Of a stretch of DNA of 64,000 bases, positions 50,179 through 63,622 are shown piece after piece; the stretch's first letter is position 1, and each line of letters begins with the position of its first letter. The DNA comes from Moniliella sp. 'wahieum' (taxonomy: Eukaryota): the NCBI GenBank assembly GCA_003971905.1, contig RSEE01000069.1, forward strand, positions 62,001-126,000. Reading direction: 5' to 3'. The translations under genes were made by a program, and so were the position numbers. The notes beneath the pieces were generated by a model. That model was not told the DNA's origin. It saw nothing but the letters and a program-made list of their open reading frames with translations, and did no database searches.

Positions 50179-52899
50179 AGTCATCGTCTAGTCAGTACTC
50201 AGTAGTCACTTTGCCCAGTTCTTAGCCATTTGGCCACCAGACTAAGCTTCATTTCACACACACAGGGGCTTGGCCCCACGCCAACAGCTTTGCCCACCAG
50301 CGAGCTAGTAGGCAATCGGACACCGGTAATCGGTAGCAGTAACTATAGTAACTAGTCCCTAGTCAGCGCAGTCAGCGCCTCCAACCCACTACCGTGGCCG
50401 TGGTGCCCCACCCGCCAACGAGGGCAGGGTACACAAGCCAACATACCAACGTCCAACTCCGGTAACCGATAACACCAATATAGTACCGCCACTGAAGGAA
50501 AGGCGCTCCCTGCCTCTTTTGCACCCTACATGTCTTGCCCAACCCACGTTTCTCCACGATTGGATTTTGAAGCTAGCTTGAAGTTTGAAGCTCGAATTGC
50601 TTTGAAATTTGATGTCCAGACGTTCCACGTTCAGGATTTGACCCAAAGGAAGGTTTCCTTCACGCTTCATCGACTTCATCGCCGAGGCTCCGGGCTCCTT
50701 GCTGCATGTAGCATGCCGCTCCATTCCCTGGTGCGCGTTGCGGTATGGAGAGACTTCGGCCCATGGGGAGGGGGGAGTGGGAGGCGGCACGCGAGATGAG
50801 ACGTGTCGAGTTTGGAGGGCAACGGGTGCCATATGGTGCATGATGCACAACCCAATGATTAATTCGATGATCGACGTGGTTCAGTCGCCGGTGAGACTGT
50901 CTTTGCATACATTGGTTCTTCGACGACGGTCGCGTTCAAACGCGCATCGTTCGCCGTTGGAAACTCTCGGCCTGCCGCCACGCGTCACCCTCGGCTTGAT
51001 GCCAAGAGAAATCCACCTCCAGCCCATCAATAACGTGAACAGTTGAGTTCAATGAAATCAACGTTCAAGTATTCAACCCTTCAAGCCTCAAGCTTCAAAC
51101 CTCCAAAAGCCAGCATTCCTCCATACATGTACAGTGCCGTCGCCATTGACAGGGGTGCCCGGTGCGTGGGCTTTGAGCACAGATCCAACTTGAAGTGTGT
51201 ATAGTGTAACTACGGTAATTGGTACGAACTATAGTAGAAACATGCCCGTAAAAGAGCGAGTAATTGCGATCATCGATATCAGGCACATGATGATGTGATC
51301 TGTGAAGAAATGCTGAAAGGAACAAAGTAGCGGAAACGAAAGAAGTTTTCAAAACAAGGTTGTTTTTCGCTTATAACAGGCCTAATGCGTAACGGGTAAC
51401 GCGTAACGTGAGAGTGAGATCTGAGACTACGCTGTCGGAAATTGGAAGCTTCGTATAAAACCCTCCACACCCACTGAACAAGGCACTGTGGCTAAAAGTT
51501 ATTAGCTACCGGTTACCACTAGGCACGGAAGTCACTCCTTGCCCGGTGTACGTATTGAGAATTGGGCTTCAGTAACACGTAACGGCCCTTGTAGGCCTTC
51601 GGTCTTTTAGTCCTCACAGATATCAGATCTTAGACAACAGGTCTACCTTCTTCGAACCTAACATGCAACAGCATAATACAGGCACAAAATAGTACCACCC
51701 GCCTATTTGACCACTATCATTGAATGATCGAAATGATCGTGGTAATCGATATCCCGATAATTGACAATGCAACGGTTACCTGTGAGTTTTTATAACCACA
51801 CCTTGCTCCCCACTTCTCTAACAAAAATGTATGATCTTCGGCTCTATAACCTATCTACTACATGGTATGGCGTTTGAGGACATGCAACCGTAACATGCAC
51901 GAAATGAGCGCTGAGGGGCTGAGCGTAAGCCATACACTTGTGGTGGAAGAAGGGTGTCGCAGCAACCGACCAAAGAGTGGCTCTCTTTTTCTGAAGAATA
52001 ACTAGTCTCAACTCGATCTCAACCCCATATATCCGAGGAATCCGTTGACTTGTATCTCCTCCTTCAAGACTTAACGTTTAATGTTTGTATCTGTCGATCA
52101 CATCACAACTGCGTGAGATTCAACACGTTCAACGTTCGTTCACGTGTTCACCTGTCCATATCCGAGACGTTCAACGTCCGTCACTTCCTCCCTCTTGAAC
52201 CCCCCTGGTGGCTTCTCATGTGCTTACTCTGCTGTTATATATTGCCCGCCGGCCTCATGGCCTGACCCACCGAATCTGAGATCTGAAACGCATTTCGTCT
52301 TTTTACCTGTATTCCCGGCGATACTGATGACTGAGATGCACTGATGAGATCCATGTGTGTGAACGTGGTGAACCGAGAGAAGTGAGATGCTGTGAACCCC
52401 CATCTGCATGCGCCCAGATAAAACCCACACCCGCCCTGCATCCGCATAGATCACCCGGAAAACGTATGCTGCTGCGGGGGCACAGAAATGATGGTTTCCG
52501 AAACAAAATCTATTGGTTCCCGGTCCGAAACACTCTGCGGATCAGAGATTTGACCTCTAAGATCTGACCCCCGTCATACCGGGCGAATTGCCCAAACTCG
52601 TATCTGAGGGGGATGTGCGTGCATCTGCTTATACCCCCTATTCTGGGTTCGTCTCTCCGTCTCCACACCGCCCCACACTGCATACACAGTTTACATCCTG
52701 ACGGCCTGAGGCCTGACGGCTCGACGTCTCCTTTTTCTAATTGATCTAATTTTGCAGGCCATTATATCCCATCGAAGATTTCATCGTGACGCTGAAGCGC
52801 TGAAACGCTGAAAGTATGCTTTTGAAAAGAACAATATACTCTCTCAAAGGCTTTATTCACACAACAGTAGCAATGAGGATAGGTCATTGGTAGAACGAT

Positions 52900-54750
52900 A
52901 GCCCAATTGACGGTGGTTTGGGGTATTCAGTGCGAGTACTCCATCAGCTCGGTGTGCGGATCTCCTAGGGTATAAAGACTGTAAATAGGAGAATTGGAAT
53001 TGGATCGCTGGAAGCTATCAGACGTGAGAACGGTAGAGAAGACTAAAGACGTTATAATGTCGTATGGATGTCGATAAACTGCCGGATCGTAACCGTGTTA
53101 ATAGGCCCATAAAAGAGTCTGACAATGATTTGTATGTGGGACATAAACGGCCCAGTGAGCAGAAGGTGAGGTAGCGCAATTTGCACCTCCCGGACTCATT
53201 CGCACTTATAAACCTGAAGAAGCTCTTAAAGGTCAGGATCCAGAGATGCCATTGAGACCAGCACATTCTGTCGTCGTCGCATCGTTCTTCCTCATTTTGG
53301 CAGTACGATAAAAGAAGTGGAGGTTGGCTTCTCTGGTGCTTTACACCTGAATCTGCCTATCTCAATAAGCCTCAAATGTTCGAGAGGGGGAATCATGAAT
53401 CTCAACAGGTGGCGTGTCATTTTGTTTATGGACGCTTTTACGGTCATGAAAGGGCAAGGGACACATCATCACAGTGTTAATTACAATGGTACCTTGAACA
53501 AAAACAGATTAACCCCACTAGAAGCTCAATCACTGGGCTGATGACGATCTACACACAGTATCGAAAGTGCGACTAATGTGTGCTGATAATGTGTCGGACA
53601 GAAAAGATGCGGTGGGGTGAGAGAAAACGGAACGAGAGCATGATGCCCAGATCCCCAAGTCGAGCACGGCAGAGGTTTACGAGGTGAAACCGCAAAAAGA
53701 CTTTACTGGAGGCCAAATGGATGTTCACCCGCAATGACTTCCCCCTTTTACCTTATTGTCCATTTAAGGAACTAGGGGAATCGCCAGGAGATCAGGACGC
53801 TCTGGTGCTCGCCATACGTTCCCATACCCGTGGAATCGCATGTGTGGATACGGATGAACGCGGTAGACATCCGCGCGGTGAACCATTTCCATTGAGACTC
53901 AGTAGCCAAATCCTTCCAATGCGCAACTATCTTGCCCGCTGTCTTGGTGCCGAAGTATCCCCGCGTCGTCAAAACCAGGGGGGAAAACGGCTCTTGAGTG
54001 CGTCCCTAGTACTTGGCGTTCTTGTCGCATTCTGCTTGTTCCAGCAACCGAAGAAGCTCCTTCTCTCCCGGCGTTCCAAAGGCGACGCAGTGCTTTTGTC
54101 ACGGGCGGGCGCCGCCAGGGGGCCCGCCCTGGGGGGTTTTGGGGTACAATCCCTTAGGCGACGGTAGGTCGACTCACGGTAGTTTCGGGCTTAGGCTGGT
54201 TGGTGCGTCCGAGCGGAGCTAGGGACGAGGAGAGGCCTTTGGTGGGGCGGCTGCACGTGTGGCAAGGCTGCGTCTGCACCGGCTTGGGCCGTAGTAACGT
54301 GTCTGAAGCCTCCGGGACTTAGGGACGGGAGGAGGCAGCGGCGGACAAACACTGCCTTAACTGAGACGGGGAATCGCCGCGACCGAAGGAGGGCTCGCGC
54401 GATTGGACTGACGAAGGGCTGGAGGACGAGGTCGGAGGAGAAGTCGGACGCTAACAAGAGAAGCTGCCTGTACTGGATAAATTGGCTGGGAACGGGCAGG
54501 GGTCGGACAGGATAGGCGGGAAAGGGACGAAAGGATGACGAGAAAGGACGAGAAGGACGAGAAGGACGAGAATGACGAGAATGGAAGGTGGGGGAAAAGA
54601 TCCCCATCAACCAGGGGTACAGGCAGGGTCAAAAGGGAAACGGGTACAAGAGGGGGTGTAGAAAGGAACATGTCAAAAGCGGGGTTGGTCGCCGCAGGCG
54701 CGACCGAGAAAGGAAAAGGAAACGGGGACGAGGCGGCAGACGCCGCCACG
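52900..54750 (-). other. Possible orphan protein-coding gene (fragmented); boundaries uncertain
   Basis: Pyrimidine-rich leader and protein-like minus-strand fragments (VSPIARALLRSRRF; GEKELLRLLEQAECD; GYFGTKTAGKIVAHWKDL). No family recognised. Confidence 0.3.
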
Positions 54751-55346
54751 GCATTGGAAGCTCGGTGGCCTTATTTAGGCCGGCCGACGTGGACTTGGGC
54801 GGGAGGCGACTGTTGTCGCGCTGAGCATGGCCCTTCGGCCACGATACTTAATTTAGCCAACCATCATCACACTTGGTTGGCCTGCGGAGCACGCTCTACT
54901 GGGCATGTCCGGAGCAGGCGGGCCTTAGCTTGGGTCGGACCATCTCGTGTCCGCCGCAGCCCGTGACAGCTTTCGTGCACCACCCTCCGGTACGCGCTCT
55001 GTGCCTCCTGCGTTCCCGTGTCGCGCAGCGTATGGTCCACCTCCATTCCAGATCCTCCGATTGCTCCTGGCCTCATCACGCGGTAGTCAGTGCGCTGTGC
55101 CCTCCGTCCGCGCCTCGTCCCATCCTCTCCTCCACCGTAGGTCTTTCTATAAATCCACAGCGAAGAGCCGGAAACGGGACTGATGATGTCACCGAAGTTT
55201 CATGAATGGCGGAGTAAATGATATCATCGATCGACGGAACGTGTGGAACGGGGCGGAATTAAAAAGCCCGAGAGGGAAGCTTCAGATTTTCAGCAGTGGC
55301 TCGCTCTCCGCTCGGGCTTAGCTCCGCTTTGCCACCACCACCAACC

Positions 55347-55878
55347 ATGGTTCAACTTGAAGAGACGACCGACGAGCACTACCGGCGCGCGCCTACCGAT
55401 GCCGAGGAATGGGAGGACGAGGATGACGCCGGTAGCGATGTGGTATGTTGTGCCCAACCTCACCTACATTCATTCCGTGTGGCTGCGTGCTGATCTCTTT
55501 GCGTTGCAGAGCTCTATTGCCTCGTCGGAGGATGACGAGCCGCTGGACGAGACGCTGGCTGAGCGTCTGGCAGCACTCAAAGATATTGTTCCCCCAGGCG
55601 CCCGTGCTGCTGTATCAGGCGCAGTGTCGACGGTGACCGGCATCACTTGGGGACTGGGCGCGTTTGCCGGCCGGGCTGCCTGGGTCCTTACCACCTCGCT
55701 CTGTTGGTGGGTCTTCCGTTTGCCCTTGCTGTGGAAGACGAGGCACGGTTCGCGATGCAAGAGCGGGAGATGGGTGCTCAAACGTCCGGCGCTTCTGCCA
55801 TGCTCGGCAGTGCGCCCGGTGCCCCCCCGACTCCTGCGGGCCAGCAACCGCAGGAGGCCTGCGCCCGCCTGGGTTTAA
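55347..55878 (+). CDS. TOM22: Mitochondrial import receptor Tom22, two exons
   Basis: MVQLEE followed by an acidic N-terminus; intron GTATGT (55443) to CAG (55509); DETLAERLAALKDIVPP; GRAAWVLTTS..LLVGLPFALAVEDE; ends LRPPG(F). Confidence 0.92.
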
Positions 55879-56190
55879 ACACTACTTGGCCCCCGCTTCC
55901 CCTCGGGCCTTCAGGATGGTGAATTGGATGATGCTCTTTGGCCCTGAGTTGGTGGGGAGTACACATTTCCCCTTCTCTAGGCTTCAAAAGCCTCTGCTGC
56001 GTCGGTTTCATTTGCTAGCACGTACCCCCCATCATTCCCTTGTCCCTACGACCATCCACTGTATCCACTTCCCCACTTTCTATCATTTCTAGGCCTCCCT
56101 CCATAGCAATTTGAGAAGGATGCGCTGCATTAGAAAGGACCAATAGTAAAATGAACGGGGCCCCGAACCGGGCGACCTGGCTAGAGATCT

Positions 56191-59100
56191 TCAACTCTGC
56201 CGCAGAGAAAGCCAGGCATCACGGGCCTCGACGGCGGCCATGCGGACCGTGCGAAGAGGATCGTCGATGCCCCGTCCAGTGATAGAGAGTGTGCGTTGGA
56301 CCTCTGCGCGCCGCGGCCAGACCGAAATGGTTGGCAAGGTGAGGGCCAGTGCCCGCAGCGCCCACAATGCGGCTAGCCGGTCCTGCTCCTCAACGGCAGT
56401 GAGGGAGCGCAACAGCGAGGACAACAGGGACCCCACATGTTCTTCAGCCAAAGCGATAGCATCGACCTCCTCGCTCGCACCCGCGGCCAAATCTGCGCCG
56501 GTGGAGCGAATGGCACGTGTTCGCGCCAAAATCTCCCGTTCCCGTGCTTCTTCGCGAGAAAGTTGGCGGCGACCAAGGCACCCGCGATTGCCTTGGCGGC
56601 ACTGGCTGCCGTACCGGGCTGCTGTGCCTGCAGGGCGCGGACCAACAGAGGCCACCTGAGCCAGCGAGCTGGAACGAGCACTGGGAGGTACCCGCGGAAG
56701 GACAGCAGCTAGCGCAGCGAGGTAAAATGCCTGGCGTTCCTCCGATGAGCCGTCATCCGCACCGTCGGAAGGAAGACGGTACCCTTCCGCAATAGCTGGA
56801 AGTAATGCAGCAGCAGTACGCTGCCGTGCCAACTTCCTCACCGTGTGTCCATTCTCCGTCGCAAACAGCCCAGGAGACCCTTCAGCGACCCTGGCCAAGC
56901 CAGCGACGATCGAGGAAGCAACGGGCGCAGACACCCTGGTGCCAAAGTGCAGCAAGGCTGTGAGCATTTTCCACGCATCGGGAGACAAGCGAGCCGCCAA
57001 GGCTTGGACCACAAGGAGGTAGGCATGTAGCCCTGCTTGGACCATTTCGGGGGAAGGTGTGCCTCCAGTAAGGACGGGAGGGATGTCCAGTTCTTTAAGG
57101 GCACCTGCCAGCTCATCTTGGGGCAGAGAGCCAATCCCCAAGGTCGAGTGAAAGACATACTGCAGTACCGTCTGTAGCGCAGGCGGCGGAGTGGTGAAGG
57201 GGGCCTTGTTGAGTGCATCTGCCAGCCCAGGCTCACTGCGCGCTGGCCAGCGTTCCAACCGGCTGTAGCAGCACAAGTGCCAATAATGCTGCCCAACGAG
57301 CCGCCACTTTCTCGCCCTCGAAGTAAGAAGGGAGGCCAGCAAGGATACTGACAAGGAGAAGCGACTGCCCAGCCGAGACTTCAGAAACAGTGGACTTTGC
57401 TGTCCCTCCAGGCACGAGAGGTATGTACTGCGAGCCGCTCCAAGGCCTGGCAGGTACTTGCTTGCTTCTGTCCGATCGCCTGTCGTAATTGCACTGCGAA
57501 GAGCGGGAGCGAGCTGAGCTTGATGGGACACGGACCGGGCTAGGACGGTGGCCAGAGCTGCCCCGTCGGCGACCAAGGCATCCCATCGTGCAGGAAGAGG
57601 GAAGTCAATCATAGTGAAGACATCCAACAGAGTGACCAGCAGCTGTGTTGCTCCTGCCGCTTTTTCCTCCGTCGCAGGCGACTGCAGGCTGGCTAGGGTG
57701 TGGAGTGCGGCAATGAGCGCCCGAACATAGCCTACAGCACCGATCCCACCATTGCGGGTTTGACAGACTCGGGCAAACGAGCGGCCAAATTTCTTGCGCT
57801 TGCTTGGTCAACACAGGCACCTGGGCTTGAGAGACGAGCTGGGTCAGGGAGCCCAGAGCATGACGCAAGGCCGCACGGTACACAACCACCTGCTCTCCTC
57901 CCGAAACCCTGTTCCGGAGATGGGAGGCTAGCATCCAAACGGGGCAAGACCAAAGAGGCCACCACGGCTGCACCCAAATCGGAGGCTTTGCCACTGCAGA
58001 GAGTGAAGCACATAGTTGACTTCTGGCTTCACTGTCCGTCGTGGGCTTCGGCTTACCACCCTCCATGGGTACCAGAGTGTCACACATAGCTTGGACCAAA
58101 AGTTGAACCTCATCTTGGGTAAGGAGACCAGGCACACGAATAGCAGCGACTGCAGCCGCCAAGCCTGCAGTACGGCTCGACGAATCGGTTTCGCTCACTC
58201 CTCCTGTTGAGGCGGGGGCCACACCAGCATGCAAAGCGGCGAGAAGGTTTGGACGGAAGCGCTCCAAGGGGCGATCGTCAAGTTCGTATGAACGAGTGCG
58301 GCCCTGAGAAAAGTCCGGCAGGTGGGACAGCTCGTCCACTTCATCATCTTCTCCCGATGAATTGATCTTGCCACGTCCGGCCGCCGAGGCAAAAGCAGAG
58401 GAACGACCATTGTAACAGTCGCTCATGCCAGCCAGAAGGGTAGCCAGTCCCCTCAATGCGCTGGCGCGAGAGTCCGGAGTGGCATCAGCGTCCCCGGCAA
58501 AAGGTTTGAGAAGCGCTTCGGTGCCGGCATATAGAGCGAGGTGTGAGGTGCGAGCCGTGGCACGAACCAAGCAGGCCAACACCGAAGGAGCGTATTGCGC
58601 CTCCTCCAAGCTGGAGAAGGGCGAGGAAGAAGACTCTAACAGTTCAAGCATATCCGACGTGATCAACGGCGCAAGCCCCTCTGGCGGTGGAAGGTTGCGA
58701 TCCTCATTGGGAGGATCGGGATAGAGGGTGCGCAAGAGAGAGATGAGCGTATCCTGAGCCGCAATCGGGGTATTGGACCAGATGGGCGAGTCAGCCTCTC
58801 CCGCTGACGGGTGGATAAGCTCAGGACGCAAGGCTTTCCACAAGCTCGGGGCAAATTTTCCTGATTCGACGGGGCCATACACAGGCAATGCGGCAGTGAG
58901 CGTGCGGAGAGTATCCCGGCGCGAGCGACCTGCCGTGGCAGCAAGCTTTTCCTGTATCACAGGCAAGGCGAGTGGGGCCAAACCAGGGTGGGATGATAGA
59001 ACCTGGCGTAATTTGAGTCGCAGGGTTGATGCTGATGGCCCGGTACCACCGGGAGGGGCGCGGAAGGTAATGGGAAAGTAGCAGAAGCTCACATCGAACA

Positions 59101-60067
59101 GACCCTCTAGTGCTCGCTGAGCTCGGGACGATGTCGACATATGACCCTCCGTTTGTGTAGCAGAAGCATCCACAGTCGGGGACAATTCGGTCCCGTATTC
59201 CAACAGGATGACCTTGTCGAGAGGGAAGAGGATATTGAGATTCCGCGGATCCTTCTCTCCCCGCACCAAATTCGCATACCCAGGCAGGAACTGCCAGAGA
59301 AGCTTGGGACGGCGAAGAATGTCACGCCTTTCAGCAACCAACTTGTCCACCAGGAGGTAGATGAGCATGCGCACACCCTGACTCAGACGTTGCATCATGC
59401 TCGCCAGGCCCTGAGGCGATCGGTGCTGTCTTGCTGGGGTGCATCCGCTTCAAGCGCTGGTCCAAAAAGAGCATCGCAAACCGACTGGGTCGCCTCGGCG
59501 CCAAATGAGTCACAGGGAACCAAGGCAGTGAGGGCAAGGATAGAGCTGGCCAGCATTTCGGCCCCGGGCGGTATCGCGACAGTCGGCCATCGCTTGTCTG
59601 GCTCCGGTGCCGGCCCTGTGGGGGCAGGAGCGGAGAGGGCAAGCCCAGCGGCATCGTCTAAAGTGGATGAGAAGAAGCCAGCTAGGGTTCGTGTCGCTTG
59701 GCGACTCAGCTCCTTGTTGTTCTTGTCTTGGGCGGCGGCACAGACGACCTGAATAGGAGCTGAATGGCCCTGCTGCGACGGGGTGCGTTGGTGGCGTCGG
59801 TCATGCTGGGGCCAAGCAGCTTTACCAAGTGCAAAATCCCGAGTACTGGGGGAGCACCCGAGGCCAATGGGAGGCGGGCAGCAGCGATCGCACGAGGGAG
59901 TTCGTCGGCGGGCAGGACGCCGGGGGTAAGGTAGGTTTGCACGCAGCTTCGGCCGCCGGGAGATCGACCATGCCCACGTCTGAGGTAGGGGGCATGGGCG
60001 GATCAGGGCGGGACGGCTGGGCGTCGCCCTCGGCAGGGCTGGTGGTAAGGGCCCAGAGCTTGCTCAT
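56191..60067 (-). CDS. MMS19: Mms19/Met18 cytosolic Fe-S assembly targeting factor; frameshifted
   Basis: GEKDPRNLNILF, LFDVSFCYFPITFRAPP and the C-terminal IDDPLRTVRMAAVEARDAW; HEAT-like helical composition. Confidence 0.9.
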
Positions 60068-60763
60068 AGGGACAAAGGAGGGGTGGTGGTGAGGGGGAGG
60101 ATGCGTGTGCGATGGACTTGCAACGGAGATGAGATGTGCTGCCTCGGGCAAAATTCAGCCAACTGGGTGCGACGGGACATGCCGACATGCAGCGCAGGGC
60201 TGAGACGCGAAGAGGCCGCAGGAGAGAGAGGCCCCTGTGTGAAATATTGCAGGTGGGCCGCTGACCGATGATGCTGGTCGCTGATGTTTCGGCGGTCTTC
60301 TAATGGCACCCCTCGGCTTACATAAGGCCGGCCTTATCCCCGGGCCCGAAGGCGCAACGCGCCGCAAGTAACACCGGCCGGTTGGGCGGGGAAATCTTCT
60401 CGGCTGTCCGTCCAGGCAAGCTTCCGGATTCAAGTTCAAGCATGATGCGATCGATGAGGACGAGGAGTGGGTCAGTGCTAGGCAGCGCTGAGTACCAGTG
60501 TACTGAGAGGATTGAGTTTTGGATGGGCTCCAGGCCGCGATGGCCTGCTTTGGTCCGCAGCGCCTCACGACTTGCGCTGCCCAACCCTGCTGCCCCACCT
60601 TGGAAGCGGCTAGCACCGGCCTGTCGTCGGACGAAATATTTTCTTGGTCACAGTCCTTTCTCTCACCTTGCAACAGCTGTCCCATCCCCACCATCAACCC
60701 GCCCACTCACTCCAGCCGCACGCGTCTCCAGCTGCCAGTCATCCCACTTTGTGTTGCTCAAGC

Positions 60764-62067
60764 ATGCGCGTCTGCGCCACTCCGCTCCGGGTGCGAGCAG
60801 CCACCCAACCGGCCTTGCGCCCCTTCTTTCTCCGCTCCTTCACCTCCACACCGGCCCGCAGCAGTGTATGGCCATCCGAGCACCTTCCTCTCACCCCCCA
60901 AGGCACCACAGCCCGTCCCCATCTCTGCGGTTAGAGAGGGTGCCACATGGAGTCCTGACCAGGTTGTCCCAGCACCCCGCCTTCCTTCTGCCAAGAACTC
61001 GGCAACATTGGCCGCACTCAAGGCCAAGGGGAGCCTATGTACGTGACGAACAATGTCTCTTTTGCGCCGGGAGAGAGACAATAGGGAACGAGGCTAACAC
61101 GTTTGGACCCTCTCAGTGCTTGCATGACGGCGTATGATTACCCCTCTGCCCTGGCATGCCGTGCGTCTAATGTCGACATGGTCTTGGTAGGGGACAGTGT
61201 GGCCAATGTGGTGTATGGGTACGAGCGTACCCCGACCTATCGGTGGAGGAGATGTCATTCCATCAGAACCGTTGCCGAGCTCTTCGGCATCCTGGACTGG
61301 CTCACTCCCCGTACGCAACTCCCATGTTGATGGCCGACCTGGTCTATGGGACATACGAAGCATCGGTTCCCGAAGGAGTGCGTGCCGCATTGAGCTCGTT
61401 CGAGCGGGAGCCGATGGGATCAAGGTGGAGGGTGGAGAAGAAGCATTGCCATTGATCAAGGCGCTCAGTCAGTACGGCCTACCCGTGATGGCCCACATTG
61501 GGCTGCGTCCCCAACGAGCCCCGGCTCTGACTGGGTTCAAGGTCCAGGGGAGCGATGCACAGGCAGCCGTGGAGGTGGTAAAGGATGCTCTAGCAGCGCA
61601 AGCTGCAGGGGCTTCCTCCCTGCTGGTTGAAGCTGTGCCACAACTGGTGGGGCCGAAATCAGTCGTCAGGTCACGATCCCAACCATTGGCATTGGAGCTG
61701 GGGTGAACACGGATGGTCAAATTTTGGTCCAGCATGATGTATTGGGCGACCTTACCTCCCCCGGCGCTGTTTTGCCTCCTCGAGTACAGACTTCCTTCAG
61801 GATTCGGCGTTCCTTTGGCTCACGAACTCACTCCCCCGCCGGCTCGGTTCGTGAGGTGTTTACTGACCAAGCCGTGGAGGCAGCTAATCCGAGCTTGATC
61901 CCCCGCCCACTGGAAGACTAACAGTGGGATCAGTGCGTCTGCATGCCATCGCATCGTATGTGGCCGCCGTTAAGAATCGCTCGTTTCCCGCTTCGTCTGA
62001 GGTGTACAAGATGCGCAAAGAGGAGCGAACAGAGTTTGAAAAACTTGTTGCTGGCCTCAAAGGCTGA
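60764..62067 (+). CDS. ECM31: Ketopantoate hydroxymethyltransferase (PanB); with intron, frameshifted
   Basis: [80 protein letters not shown] and [11 protein letters not shown]. Confidence 0.93.
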
Positions 62068-62754
62068 TGCACTTGCAGCAATCATCATGTGCTCGCTTTT
62101 CATTGTTTGCTCTAGTTTGCTACTGTCATCGTGCCATCCGGCATCATCTATTTCGGACCGAACGCTCTCAATGCAATTGCCATCGTACCCGATGTACAAT
62201 GGAGTGTACTTTGAAGCAGGCGCAGCTATGTATGCATACGTTCGGGGCTGAACGTTGATGGATGAGCCAAGTATCAAAGTCAGCAAAGGAAAGCGAGCAG
62301 GTCCCTTCATGCCGATCTCATTGCTTCTGCTGCCATCTTCTCATCAATACATGTGCCCTGAGCGAACCTCACTTGTCAAAAGAGCTAGCTTCATGCAGAA
62401 GTGATGGTAGCTATAAACTTGCGCATCCGGTACCTCATCGTGGGTCGGGGATGGAGGGGGAACAAAACGAATGCGGTGTGATAGCTCTAGGTAACGACGC
62501 ACGGTGGAAGTATTGGTGCGCTGAAGGAGGGATGTGCTTCTTCTGGGGGTAACCCCCCCGAGGGGATAAGGCCCAGATCACCATGCACCGCAGGTAAATT
62601 GAACGGCCAAATCAAAAGTTCATGACAAGCATCGGCGGAATATCGAGAACCGGATTCCGCCCGGTTCGTATGTTGGCTCTACTCAATTTCCTAGCGAGCC
62701 GATGCCCTCATCGTCCTCCATCCACGAGCCAATCAGTATTGGGCGCCACCAACC

Positions 62755-63622
62755 ATGTCTAGCATGACGGTCCGGTCGCAGCAGGTCATACTCAAGAACC
62801 TCTTCGCTTTCGTGGCCGTTGCCGCCTTTCCATACTTCCCGTTTATGCATAGCCTGTGGTGGTACGTGCACCCTCCCACCCCCCTCCCTCGTTCCTCTGT
62901 TTATGGAAGGCGCGGTACTGACTGTGGCTTCTTCGTCTAGGCGCTTTCTCGATGCTGTGTACTCTACTGTCGGTCACGATATCGACATTTACCTCAACGA
63001 GGCTGTGGTCTGGTCTCGGCGCCTCTTGTTGATCGCATTTTTCTACAATGCGGTGTACGAATGTGTGTCCCTGTACTTTTACGCGGCGCCCCGGCCGGTC
63101 CAAGCAACGCCAACGTTCCCCTTTCTGGAACCAACCAGCTGAACCGAATCAACCCAGCGCTCAAATCTAATCCTGACACGCGCTCCATGCCCTCACCCGG
63201 TTTCTCTCTCTGCGCAACCGCAAAACAGGCCTGGCCAAACCGACTGGTACCACTCCGCAGAGGCTGTCGGGCCTGAGCAAACAAGGTGCGATGAACACCC
63301 CACCCTCTGGTGCTGGTGCAGTTGACCGCAGCCTGGCTAGCCCTGGGCGGGCGCGTCAATGCACCAGCGTATGACCCCATTGCAACAAGCCATTGCTCTG
63401 GCCGCCCAGTCGGCCGCAGCGGAAGATGCCTCGTTGTCGACCGATTGGATCCCACCAAACAACAGCTTTGACCAAAGCGCCGAGTTTCCTCCCCCGGCTG
63501 GATCCCTCGGTTCGAACCTATTTGGTGCACAAGGCTCTTCTGGGCTGCTCCCGCAGCTGGGAACGTCCTGCCCTCTTGGGCTTCCACGTCCCTGGGGCCG
63601 AATGCGGGAGCAAGTGGGCTAG
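62755..63622 (+). CDS. Uncharacterised protein with two N-terminal hydrophobic segments and a Ser/Pro-rich tail
   Basis: CAACC-ATG context at 62755; hydrophobic LKNLFAFVAVAAF; intron GTACGT...CTGAC...TAG (about 62862-62940); second hydrophobic stretch LLLIAFFYNAVY. 3' end uncertain. Confidence 0.5.
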
